From Podarcis filfolensis (taxonomy: Eukaryota): DNA of 64,000 nt. The stretch is taken from the NCBI GenBank assembly GCA_964270895.1, contig OZ185436.1, one strand, 5' to 3'. Each line of letters starts with the position of its first letter. Position 1 is the stretch's first letter. The notes beneath the pieces are model-generated. The model had not been told where the DNA came from and did no database searches. It worked only from the letters and a program-made list of their open reading frames with translations. The translations under genes and the position numbers were made by a program. Positions 11,171-23,289 of this stretch are shown piece by piece.

Positions 11171-12435
11171 TTATCATGAAACGTAGTGTAAAATTGACTT
11201 ACAAAAATCTTAAATGCAAGAGTGACTCATGGAAGAAGAAAACAAAAGTAAAAGGCAAACAAAATACTGATTTCTGATTTTTTTTAAATTCGGGATGAGG
11301 GGGTGGATGGAATAGCCAACAAACATTATAGCAGTGAATGAAATACTCCAATTGTCCATGGGGTGGTGCCCTTCCATCACATATATTAGAGGGGTTTTCT
11401 GTCTCTGCACTTTCCACTCGAATAGTGACAAATATAAACACAACCACGTCATCTTTACATTCCCCTGGTGAAAGCGGCTGCATTTTGCAATGGGGTTAAT
11501 TTATTCCTAGGGTTCCTGTCTGGCTGAGTTTTAAAATGGCATAGCTTTTATTATTATTTTAATTATGTACAATCCACATCTGGGTGATGGTGGTGATTTG
11601 GTATATATTTAGTGACCGAGCACATACAAATGGGTAATAGTCTTCTTTTTTATATGATGACCCTAGCTGAAATATTCACAGAATATCCTGAGCACAGATA
11701 ATTGGCTGCTGGGGGATGGTTAGTATTCACAGGTATTTCTCATATCTTGACCACAGCATCCATTGACAAGATACATAGAACATGTGCTCTCTATAATATT
11801 GGACGTGCACCCTGAATGTTCCCCCTATCCCAGGAGGGGGGAAGGCAGCAGGAGCAGAAGAAAGTTGATTCACAAAACCGCTCCCACACCTGTGTTCACC
11901 TGACTGTGTGTGAAGTGCAGGGGCTGCGGCGCGGAATCACACTGCAATTCAAAGGAAGGATACATACCTTTTTGTAAGGGGATGCAATGTGTGATGCAGA
12001 GCCAAACACCTCCTATGGTAACTCCTAGGACTACTGTCAGATCTAGTCCCTAGCCTTCAGAAACTGTCCAAATACTCAGTACCTTCAGACTGTTACCCAT
12101 CATGCTTGGGCACTGCCAATGGTTAGAAGCAACTGCAGCATGTTCATCAGCCTTTTGATAGCAATAGCCTAGGGGATTTCACTTCCAGCATCTTCCCTGG
12201 CTCTTCATCCTCCTGGGCAAATTGTTTGCACAGTAAAGGTTTGGCCTGAAGATGCAGTCTGACCCCACCTTCCTTGCTGGTCTACCCCCCAGTACTACCT
12301 TGATGGCCATGTGTGGGCCAATTTCACATGCACCCATTTGAAGGAGGAGATAGGAGGAGACGTTTGTGCATACCAGCCAATCAGGGACAGCGGTGCTTAT
12401 TGAAGGTAGATAATCCCTCTCCTAAAACTCAGCTA

Positions 12436-12759
12436 CAGGGCCGGATTTAGGTTTGATGAGGCCCTAAGCTACTGAAGGTAATGGGGCCCTTTCTATGTCC
12501 AGCTGTCCTTTGTCAACAACAATTTGTTGCTGTGTTGAATATATGCTACATGGTAGTTTATGGCCCTAATAGGTATCTAAAGCCATTTGCACATAACAAA
12601 ATATGTATTTTATCAAAGTAATTGTTGAACTGAAATGCAATTAAGAAGAAGTATATTAATAGTGAAATACAATTAAGAAGAAGTATATTTTTGGGGGGCC
12701 TCCAAGAGAGTGGCGCCCTAAGCTATAGCTTGTTTAGCTTGTACGTAAATCCAGCACTG
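12436..12759 (+). mobile_element. hAT (Tip100-like) MITE
   Basis: TIRs cagggccggattt / aaatccagcactg. 8-bp TSD ctcagcta / ctcagctc. Confidence 0.85.
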
Positions 12760-13023
12760 CTCAGCTCTCAGTGCAGTGACAGCCCACCTGCCCACCTGAC
12801 CTCTTTCATGTCCTCTGCTCTGTCACGTAGCATGAGTTTGCTAATGGGTTCTATTTGGCCTTGCCATTAAATAAATTACAAGTGGCAGGTTCAGTGCAGG
12901 TCGGGGGAAAATACAGAAGCATCAGAGTGGTGAAAGGATATTTACACACTGTTTACTGACTTGGGGGGGGGATTTGGGGGCAGGGAGCTAGTCCTCAAAG
13001 CTTATTGGCATGGGACTGATGAC

Positions 13024-13377
13024 TGAGAAGCAGGTGGCGCTGTGGTCTAAACCACAGAGCCTAGGGCTTGCCGATCAGAAGGTGGGTGGTTCAAATCCCC
13101 GCGACGGGGTGAGCTCCCATTGCTCGGTCCCTGCTCCTGCCAAACTAGCAGTTCGAAAGCACGTCAAAGTGCACGTAGATAAATAGATACCACCTGGGCG
13201 GGAAGGTAAACGGTGTTTCCGTGTGCTGCTCTGGTTCACCAGAAACGACTTATTCATGCTGGCCACGTGACCCGGAAGCTGTACGCCGGCTCCCTCGACC
13301 AGTAAAGCAAGATGAGCGTCACAACCCCAGAGTTGTCCGCGACTGAACCTAATGGTCAGGGATCCCTTTACCTTTAC
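13024..13377 (+). mobile_element. Sauria SINE, near full length
   Basis: Head ggtggcgctgtggtctaaacc...ggttcaaatccc, BovB-like 3' part and (ACCTTT)n tail. Flanked by a duplication of about 70 bp. Confidence 0.92.
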
Positions 13378-13449
13378 TGGCTTGGGGGGGATTTGAGGGC
13401 AGGGAGCTAGTCCTCAAAGCTTATTGGCATGGGACTGATGACAGTGGTG

Positions 13450-13830
13450 GACTTCGGGCTTCAGTAGTGCCCTGTGCAACACCAAAATTCTGTCACTCAA
13501 CTTCTGTTGTTCATCATTTTTGTGGCATCCCCTGTAATATCCTCTTGGCTTGGTGCCCAGTGCAGGTGAACCAGTCATGCTCCCCTAAATCTGCATCTGC
13601 TACTGATGCTGGTGGGACACCCTCCCACCCCTTTAGGTGCTGTGATCCAGTGCTTGAAGGCAGGGTGGATTTGAGAAACAAGGAGAGATGGCCTAGCTCT
13701 CACCTTCATGATAAGTTGTCTGCTTTGACTAGTAGTTAAGCTGCAAATCAGACAAGCAATACAACGAAGTTGTGAATCCAATTCCACCTTCATTCCAAGG
13801 ACAAGCCTTGCCTCACCTTTTGAATAGTCC
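13450..13830 (-). mobile_element. Possible ancient RTE endonuclease fragment
   Basis: Minus-strand QLRCIACLICSL... loosely resembles the RTE APE start (LRIASWNVRTL). Same strand as the RTE fragment at 10870-11170. Confidence 0.3.
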
Positions 13831-14548
13831 ACTGGTGTACAACCTGCTCCCTGTCTTCTGGATTAAGCCTTGGTCACACCTTTAGCCTCTTAGAGTTGAC
13901 ACCTTGCCCTGGAAAAGAAAATATATATACTCATTTACACAGGCTTGCGATGCCCCTGAGATGAGGCATGCTAGTATGGGATTTGCTGCAGCTGCAGGTG
14001 TTGATCTGGCTTGGCCCCAAGGTGCTTGGCCCAGCATCCTGTTCACGCAGGGTTTGTGGAGGAGGTTTTGCAGCCAATGGTGTGTGCTTAATCCCCAATG
14101 AAGGCTTCCAGCTGGGGCCCAGTGGAATGATGCTTCTAAGCAGTGCTGGGATATAATCCTTCTCCATGTCACTCCTTCTGCATACTAGTTTGCACAGAGT
14201 CCAGCAACAGAATGAAGATTTTATGCTTGCTGCATAAAAGCTGTGCGAACAAGTCTAGCACCTGCACAGATGGTGGATCTTGTATATATAGCTTATTTGA
14301 AAACAGCTGCATTGGCCATCCATGTACAATTCAAGATGCTGGCTTTCACTTATAAAACCTTGCAGAGACTGGGGCCTGAATTCTATTTTTAAAATGTTGA
14401 TCATGGGTTGTTGTTTTTTGTGGGGACGGGCAACTTTCAATAACTCCTGAACCACCATAACAAACACTTTATTTTGAGCTGTACGTTTTAAAGAATAAAA
14501 TAAAACTAGGGAAAGAGAGCCACAAACTGTCTTTGTGTATTCATAATA

Positions 14549-15203
14549 CAGTGGTACCTTGGTTCTCAAGCGCCTTGGTACTCAAATGCCTTGGTTCCCA
14601 AACGCTGAAAACCCGGAAGTTAGTCTTCCGGTTTTCAAATGTTTTTCGGAAGCTGAACATCCGATGCTGTTGTGAGCTATTGTTTCTGGGGTGCCTGCAC
14701 CAATCAGAGGTTGTGCCTTGGTTTTTGAACATTTCAGAAGTCAAACAGACTGCTGGAACAGATTAAGTTTGGCGCTTTTGTTTTTGCTATTTATTTTGCG
14801 TTTGTGTTTTTGAGGCTTAATTTGTTTTTGTGACTGTGTGGAACCCAGTTCAGCTACTGATTGATTGATTGTGTGACTGTGGAAATGGATAAAAGCCTCC
14901 CATCCAAACAATGACTACCATCAGTGCAGGTAAGAAAAAAATAATAATTTATTTTTTATCATCTACGATATTGTCTTATTTATTTTATAGTACAGTACAT
15001 TGATTTCATTTTATGGATCAATGGTCTCGTTAGATAGTAAAATTCATGTTAAATTGCTGTTTTAGGGTTTTTTTAAAAAAGTATGGAACGGATTAATCCA
15101 TTTTGCATTACTTTCTATGGGAAAACACACCTTCGTTTTAGAACGCTTTGGTTTTGGAACGGACTTCTGGAATGGATTAAGTTTGAAAACCAAGGTGCCA
15201 CTG
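14549..15203. mobile_element. Non-autonomous pogo/Tigger-type DNA transposon
   Basis: TIRs cagtggtaccttggtt / aaccaaggtgccactg, TA TSDs at 14547-14548 and 15204-15205, no ORF. Confidence 0.88.
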
Positions 15204-15628
15204 TACCTTGGCAAGTAGGATAGTTTAGGCTGAAGCTTCCTTCAGGTGGGGGTGAGGTTGACTGTGAAAAGGAGAGGAATATTTTTCCTTTTTTTAAAGT
15301 CGTGCAGTTAGCAGCAAGTTGACATGCAGACATTTACAAGGTGAAACTGCTCCTGGCACGGCAAATCAGCACTGGATTAAAGCTTTGCCTAGTAGATGTC
15401 CATCAAGTCACTGTTTAAGAAACAGGAGCAGGGCCATTAAAAATGTAAGGCGACCTTCTTCTATGCACCTTGGGATGCCAGAGATGCTGCAGAGCTGCTC
15501 TGAAGAGTATTTTGCCTCAGCATGTTCCAAGAGGACCCCTGGAGACAGAGCAGATCCCTCTGGAGATTGGCAGAACAACCCCATACTCGCTTTGCATGTG
15601 ACTGGGAGTGGGGTGGAGAAGTGCCATC

Positions 15629-16860
15629 CAGGGCCAGATTAAGACATTTAGAGGCCCCCAGCTCTGGAAATATGATGGTACCAGCCATACGTAATGCAAA
15701 ATAAAGATGACACTAAACCATAAAATAAAAAATATATTTTTTTGAACTGACACCAAGCTTACATGTATGCTGAAAATACAAAAGCTTCTTTTGAAATTTT
15801 CTGATTGCAAAATTCTGGATAAGTTCATCAAACCGACTTGATGAAGCATTTCCGCTTCCATGAACAGGAGGAAAAGTGAATCAAGTCTGTCCTGACACAT
15901 TGTTGTTCTCCGAGGATTATTATTTCTACTTCTACTTCTACTTCTACTTCTACTTCTACTTCTACTTCTACTTCTACTTCTACTTCTACTTCTACTTCTT
16001 CTTTTCAGCTCAGAAAAAAGAGGGCTGTGTGGAATATTTAGTAAGCATCAACGCTAGGAAAGTATGTAGTGTGGTCTCTGCATATGGACATACACATTGT
16101 ATTCTGTCTTTCACAATTGTGTCATATAGCTCAATGTGACTGCATTTTTCTCTATTTCATTAGATTTTGGGCACATGTAACAGCAGAACTGCTATACTGC
16201 TCTACAGAGATTCCTGTTCAAGACAAGAGCGTATGAGTCAGCTAGCTTTTGAGGACCTTGTGCATATTGTTCATCAGATAAGTCTATATTGTTTAGAAAA
16301 GAATCTACTTGATACTTCTTCGTATGCTTCACCATATTATCCATACTTTAGCTTCAGGTGTGTCAAATATGGTGTAGTCAGTATACACATAATTTATCTC
16401 TGAGATTCAGTGCTGTTTCTGGTGCGCTGCCATCATTTGCATTTTTTTCCTGATTCGCTTGTAGGACTGGGCTTCTTTGTAGTCAATATCAGGAAGATTG
16501 CTTTTTGATATGTCTTCAAATCTTTTGAGATCGTTCCTCAAAGTGTGCAAGTGCTCTGCTAATGACTGGCAGAGGTCTGCACATGTTTGCAAGTCCAATT
16601 CTTCTTCTCGGAGAGCTTGTCTTGTGCAATAAAAGCACTGCAGAATTTCAGTCCATGGGGTCAACATGAACACAAACTAGCTCTTGCATCTTGTTTGCAG
16701 TGCTTTCCGCCTCTCATACAGTTTCTCCCTCTTGTAATTGATCTTCAGCTATACTATCTAATGCACCCACAATCTTTGAGCAGGACTGCACTTGTTGCCA
16801 TGTGCCTCCCAGAGAGAGATTTCAACCCTGAAGTAGAGTGTAAGGAAATTTAACAAACTC
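15629..16860 (-). pseudogene. Decayed hAT transposase (C-terminal half with hATC dimerisation domain) and one terminus
   Basis: A frameshift-bridged minus translation gives LKSLS..IVGALDSIAED..FVFML.PWTEILQ..EELDLQTCADLCQSLAEHLHTLRNDLKRFE..YKRIRKK..GEAYEEVSSRF..CPYAETTLHTFLALM..FSELK..NPRRTTMCQDRLDSLFLL. This fits the hAT motifs FPN..LRIFLT..ERSFS.LK and TM.Q.RL. TIR-like cagggccagattaag at 15629. Confidence 0.85.
15924..15995. repeat. (TTCTAC)12 microsatellite
   Basis: 12 perfect units, lying inside the hATC-coding part of the transposase relic. Confidence 0.95.
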
Positions 16861-17534
16861 TTTATTTTCCCTGTGGTGGCTTCTTCAGTGCTTTTCAAAT
16901 GAAATCCTTTCACATCTATCACATCACATCTCTTTCTTCCATTGAAGTCAATAGGGAGGGTTTTTGGTGTGCTGGGTCTGGGGACAGCTGTGCTATCCAC
17001 ACTTCCTGTGTTGCCTATGCCCTGTGCATGACTCTGCCCCATTCCAGCCATTCTGTCATGTTGCTTGGCCAGTGGAACATCTACACTGGCATCAGCATGT
17101 TCTGACAGCATAGCTGTTTTGGTGGCAGAGTACCTGGTGTTGCACTCATGTGGCAGCGGTTTCACTGAATGCTATGGCATCTCAGCTAGGTCATCTAGAA
17201 TACAGGACTGTGCCTTATGCCTTCTAGTTGCTGAAGGACAAAATACACTAGGGACTTACACTCTATAATTCATCAGATTATGCTAATACCTTGGAGGCCA
17301 AAGTCCGTGAATTGATGTTGTTGTTCATGCCTGCTAATAGTTTAGGGAGCTGCTGCATCTCTGCCAAAGAGAAGGGATCTGTGACTCTTCTTGGTTCTTG
17401 TTTGCTAGTGAAGCCAGTGGATGCATCTGGAATTCTGAATTGCCACAGTTAGCGCATTGACCTTGCCTGACAAGGTTCTACCATAATCTCCTGTTTGATG
17501 GGCATCAGCTGTACTGGATTGAATGGCTTTAGAG

Positions 17535-18727
17535 TAGGAGTCCTAAAACTTTTTAAACAGGGGGCCAGTTCACTGTCCCTCAGACACTGTTGGGGGCTGG
17601 ACTATAGTTTGAAAAAATATATGAACAAATTCCTATGCACACTGCACATATTTTATTTGTGGTGCACAAAAAACAGGAAAAACAATACAATATTTAAAAT
17701 GAAGAACGATTTTGCCCCAAGCAAGCTTGCTTGCAAGGGGTGTGTATGTGTTGCTCTCTGTCCTCTTCTTTATAATGTAATAAATGATTTAGTTGCCCCT
17801 TTCCAGTATATATTGAGGAATCCGCTCTCAGGGAAATCTCTTCCTATACCCCAGGTATTCCCCCAGGTTGGATTTCTCCAAAAACCCCACATAATCCCAA
17901 GGATCCCTCTGCATTTCTGGACTAGTGAGCTCTCCTTAAAAATAGAACATCAGCCAGGAGCATCGTGGAAAAGGAATGAATTTCACCAGAATGAGATCTG
18001 AGGGTCTCTTTTGACAAGCATTCCCTGCAGGGAGCCGGCACTCCTCGCGTGACAGCGCGCACCACTGCCGCCCCATTTACTGAAGTGGCTGGGGGGGGGC
18101 AGGCGCGACATCTGGCTTGCGCTTTAAGGAGAAAGGGATGAGGATGCATGATCGCTTAGGGCCAACCACTCAATCAACCCCTTACCTGCTCCTGTGAGAT
18201 CAACGAGGCCTGCAAGAGGGGTGGGGAACTGTCTCTGCCCGGTTTCCCACCTTGGGATCGTAGCATGGAAGGGGCGCCATGGAGGGATGAGCCTCTGGTC
18301 CTTCGCCTCCCCTGCTGGCAAAGTAGTGAGTGGGCGGGGGGTAGGATGTCTTCTCCCACCACCCTCCCACCACACCAGGCAAGGAGGAGCTCTCCTCTCC
18401 CCTCATCCCAACGGCCTGTCTGCCCAGGAGATGGAGGCACCAGGCAGGTTTGCTTCAGCGATGAATGGCTAGGTCACTGTTGGGATCCCTCCGCTTGGAG
18501 CTGCTCATTGGCGCAGTTAATGGGTCTTGGCATAGCTCGGTTGCAGCAGGCACGATGGCTGGGGCGCTGCTGCTCCCTCTTTTCCCTATGGGTGAAGCCA
18601 TAAACGCTGTACTTCCTTTCACCATGGACCTGTTAGACAGCGGCGGGTTCTGCAATTGCCGGGCGGGCTGGGTTCAGGACCCTGGTGGGCCGGATGTGGA
18701 CTGCGGTCCATAGTTTGAGGACCCCTG
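17535..18727. mobile_element. Non-autonomous hAT-Charlie element with URR1/OposCharlie1-like termini
   Basis: TIRs taggagtcctaaaact / agtttgaggacccctg. Perfect 8-bp TSD ctttagag at 17527-17534 and 18728-18735. The left end tttttaaacagggggccagttcactgtccctcagac...atgaacaaattcctatgcacactgcacatat resembles URR1 as I recall it. Confidence 0.88.
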
Positions 18728-19504
18728 CTTTAGAGTAATGGACGAGAGAGGCACTAGGGAGATTCCCCCCTTTTCCTTGCAGTGGGCTGAGGAGGGGGAG
18801 GGAAAGAAAGGAAAAGATTATGTTATGGAAGGATGAGCAGGAATCATGTTCTAAGGTCTGTGTCCTACAATGGGCTGGAAGGAGAATAACAGCACGCCGG
18901 TAAAAGAATGCATGGGTGAACTTTAGCAGTGCTGTGAAGGCTTTGTTTGCTCTGGGCTGACAATGGCTGCCGCCGATGCTATCATAATAAGCAAGCCAAG
19001 GTTACTGTCTTAAAATAAATTGCCAAAGTTATTACTGCAACAACCGCAGTTAAATATAGAAGAGCCATAAAAAGTTGCAATTAAATAAAATTACCTTTAA
19101 ACAGCTATTTCAGAGCTAGTCACATGAAGGCAGGATGAGAGACAGGCGTGCTGTTGTCTTCAACATAGATCTTCTCAGTGGGGAATTTCCACCAGATCCG
19201 TTGACAGCACTAGGCAACAAACATATTATTGTTTTTAAAATGCCATCCAGTTCTTGAGAACAAACACTCTCAGGGTGGCTAAGAATAGTACAAAAAACAA
19301 AAAAACAAACCTGGTTCAAATGATAAGACGACCAAGGTTAAATTAAAACAGTAGAAGTTGTAAAACACAACTATGTTATCACCAAATTCAGTGAATATTT
19401 AAAAATGCCTTGCGGGTGGGAACTATTTGCCAAGCACTAGAAAGACATAAGTAGAAGCATCAGACCCTCCCTGGAGAAAGCATCCAATAAAGAGGGCACC
19501 TCTC

Positions 19505-20951
19505 TTGAGAACACGGACATTTTGGATCTGGAAGGTTTTAATAATGTTTTTGGGTGGCATGCATACTTGTGGTATGACAAGGTCAAAGCGCATAAATCGT
19601 TTAAAAACCATATTGTCAGGAAAGCACTGTTTAATGTGTGGATAAGATATAAGGATTTGCTTGAAAACAAAACCCCAAGGTGGTTGTCACCAATGGAAGT
19701 TAAGGCCCTAAAAAAACTCAATATGGAGGCAAATTGGCTGAAGTATTGGGAAATTTTGGAACAAGAAGGAGACAGATTAAAACTGCAGAGCTTTGACAAA
19801 TTAAAAAACAAAGTACGAGACTGGCTTCATTATTATCAAATAAGGGAGATATATAATTTGGAAAAAAAAATTGGTTTCCAGGTGGAAAAATCAAAATTGG
19901 AAACAGAATTGTTAGAACCTAAAACTAAGAATTTGTCAAGAATGTATAACTTGCTGTTGAAATGGAACACACAGGATGAAACGGTGAAATCTGTTATGAT
20001 TAAATGGGCACAGAATGTTGGACACAACATTATGTTTGCTGACTGGGAACAGTTATGGACCACAGGTATGAAGTTTACGGCATGTAATACCTTAAGAGAG
20101 AATATAATGAAAATGATTTACAGGTGGTACATGACTCCAGTCAAGCTTGCAAAAATTTATCACCTGCCCGATAATAAATGTTGGAAATGTAAAGAGATTG
20201 AAGGTACCTTTTTTCACCTTTGGTGGACATGCCCAAAGATTAAGACCTTTTGGGAGATGATTTATAATGAAATGAAGAAGGTATTTAAATATACCTTCCA
20301 GAAGAAACCAGAGGCCTTTCTCTTGGGCATGGTCGGCCAGTTGGTGTTAAAAGAGGATAGAACTTTCTTTATGTATGCCATAACAGCAGCAAGAATACTT
20401 ATCGCAAAGTACTGGAAAACACAAGATCTGCCCACCCGGGAAGAATGGCAGATGAAGGTGATGGATTACATGGAATTGACTGAGATGACTGGCAGAATCT
20501 GAGACCAAGGAGAAGAGTCGGTGGAAGAAGAGTGGAAGAAATTTAAAGTTTATCTACAGAAATATTGTAAAATTAAGGAATGTTAGAAAGATGTTGGAAT
20601 AAAACTATGTGGTTTTAGCAGAAAAGATATAAAGGATTAAGTAAAAATGAATTGTTAACAGGTGGAAATGTAAAGTTACAATATATTAAGATAAAATATT
20701 AAGATAAAAGCAAAAAGGGTAAGGACTTGCTGAAACAACTACTGAACTAGAATACAAAAAAGGGAGGTGTGAGGAGGTCAGGGAAACAAGCAAATGAAAG
20801 ATAAGACATGGAAAGACTGATTTGTTTTTAATTGTTTTTCATTTTTCTGTATTTTGTATTTTTTGTATTTTGTATTTTTTCTTTTCTTTTTTCTATTTTT
20901 GTAATTTCTTTGAAACTTTAATAAATATTATTCAAAAAAAAGAAGGAAAAA
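19505..20951 (+). mobile_element. 5'-truncated L1-clade LINE (ORF2 C-terminus, 3' UTR, poly-A)
   Basis: Open frame 19522-20502 contains the CWKC..H..W.C zinc motif. The in-frame TGA at 20500 is probably a CGA>TGA change, and the frame continues to TAG at 20584-20586. AATAAA and an A-rich tail follow. 16-bp TSD aaagagggcacctctc at 19489-19504 and 20952-20967. Confidence 0.95.
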
Positions 20952-21746
20952 AAAGAGGGCACCTCTCACCAGTCACTAAATTTAAGAAGAGATGAAGCTC
21001 CTTGGCAGCTTACTTGCTCTGCAGGTAGAAGGTCCTATTTTCAGCTCCTAGTATCTCCAGGTATGGCAAGGAAGACTTCCATCTGAAACCCTAGAGAGCT
21101 GCCACTACCAGTGAATATAGACAACAATGAGCTAGATAGATCAGTATAAAACAGACCCCAATGATCCTAAGGAATAAAGTTTTCCATCTTCTGAAATCCA
21201 CCAGAGTTCTAAGCTGCTCATGGAGCCTCTGCAAGGACAGCAGTCTCCCCGCTGTAGCCGTTCTTCCTCCAGTGCACCTAGAGAGGTGGGGTTGGGCACA
21301 GACATGCAACAGAGAGGGTAGAGCCAGCCAGTGTGACCCCTCTCTTACCCCGCACAATTCTGACGAGTGCCCAAACCAAACATTGCCAGCATACCCATAA
21401 GAAGACTTGTGGCAACATGTGCTGAATATAAGGTTCTATTTATTAAATGCAACAGTCTGAAAGGTCTGCAACCATTCAAACCGATTAATCAAATCCCAGC
21501 AGCCCAGGGAGGAGAGGTTAAGTGTCTCCCCTCTGCTGGGCGTCAGTCTGTGGCCATTCACCAAATGGTTGGAAGTAAATTCTCACTCCTTGCTATGTGA
21601 ACCTTGGGTATGCAAACCTGACATGCACCCTGTGGCCTTGTTGTCTGAGGTTCACCAAAGTGCTCATGCAAAGCCTAAAGGGCACCCCCAAGCACCCCCA
21701 AGCCAAAGGCTGTGGGAGGGGATGGAGAAGGGTTTTTAACTCAACA

Positions 21747-21996
21747 TTGCCTTCTCGGTAGTGGTGCCCACCCTGTGGAATGCCCTCCCATCAGATGTCA
21801 AGGAAATAAACAACCATCTGACTTTTAGAAGACATCTGAAGGCAGCCCTGTTTAGGGAAGTTTTTAATGTTTGATCTTTTACCGTGTTTTTAATATTCTG
21901 TTGGGAGCTGTACAGAGAGGCTGGGGAAACTCAGCCAGATGGGCGGGGTATGTATGTATGTATGTATGTATGTATGTATGTATAAATAAATAAATA
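21747..21996 (+). mobile_element. L2/CR1-superfamily LINE 3' end with (TATG)n/(TAAA)n tail
   Basis: gccttctcggtagtggtgcccaccctgtggaatgccctccc (AFSVVVPTLWNALP, the L2 ORF2 end) followed by a simple-repeat tail. Confidence 0.7.
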
Positions 21997-23289
21997 TAAC
22001 AGTGCCTCAGGTTTAACCAACTGGTTTGTCCAAATTACCTCACTTGCCTAGACTAAACCAATTCAACACCAGGTATGCTATTCCAAAGCCAGTTAGACAA
22101 TGTGAAGTAGGAGAGAAAGAGGAGTCCTTTAAAAACCCTGTAAAAGACAACCAGCAAAGCCCACATTAAACAGGGAAGGAGGGCGCTTCAAATGAAGAAA
22201 GAGGTAGAAGTTGAGATGGAACCAACTTACGAAGCCAATCTACTGCCCAGTCGCCGTTGGGAGCATGAGCCCCTGCACCTCCCAGTAACTCCACCCCTGG
22301 GCAAAACCACACAAGGTTTCCCAATGGGTGCTGGGTGAGGGTGCTTGTGGCAAATTTTAAAGGCAATCAAGCACTGTGAGGTAGGCTTCCCACTCGTTTT
22401 TAGGACAAGAATGCAGTCTTGTGAATGCGCCTCCTTGTGTTGCTAAAACACACAAAACAGTATGAAGGTACTTTTCACAAGACCTCTTTATCCTGCAAAC
22501 ACATAAGGGGGAAATTCACCTCTAGGTGGCTTTCTGACTAGGAACATGGTTGTGTGAATCAGTACATACTGACTTTTTTTTTAAAAGAAAAGAAAGCTCA
22601 GACATTTCTTCCCTCCTTGTGAGGGAGGCTCAGAGAGGAAAAATGTATAAAACTGCCCATTTTAGCACATTTCATAGCAGTGCTAATTACACAGTTTGAA
22701 AGCCTTTGCTCTGGCGCATTCCAAAGCCTAATTACAGCATGTGTGGAAAAGCACTTTTCATCAGAGTTGATTTTTGCCACCTTTAAATCTGGGACAAAAC
22801 TCAACCTCTTGCCCACAGATTCCCGCGACTTCAGACAATCCCCCCTCGTATGCCCTTCATTCCATAATGACAGCTGTGTTAAACTTGCTGATATCGCCAT
22901 TGTTAATGCTCCGTATATACGGATCTGACATCTCCTGCAGGGCCCAAGTCCTGCTGCTGGTTACCCCTCATTACAAAGCTGAATTCCCCTTTACCCTGTG
23001 CAGCCTGTTTTGTTATGAGACGTTCTGTGCCTGGGAAAGGGAGCTCAATCTTGAGGGGGTTTCATTTTTTTATCCCCCCCCCATTGTCTCTTTATTAGAC
23101 TGACCCCTTGTGAACTCAGCTGCTCTTGCTCTCCTGTGGTGCCAAGTGTAAAATTAATATTGACTTGAAAATCTGGGCACCACTTTCTGGATTTAGAGCT
23201 GCTGTTTGGAGTTAATAGGAATGCAACAGTGTTTCACACCCTCCGCCAGCTATTCAGTGACTTTAAATGCTTGCAGATCATTTATAACT

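Noticed and set aside
16407-16673. ELL/occludin-like or other host coiled-coil gene
   Set aside because: The flanking frames give hATC motifs and there are many stops and frameshifts, so this is a transposase relic.
17495-18001. 168-aa ORF as a transposase
   Set aside because: It runs across the TSD and TIR of the hAT element and has no transposase motif.
19522-20502. Functional host gene from the 326-aa ORF
   Set aside because: It is the truncated C-terminus of L1 ORF2, bounded by a TSD and poly-A, and starts at a non-ATG codon created by the truncation.
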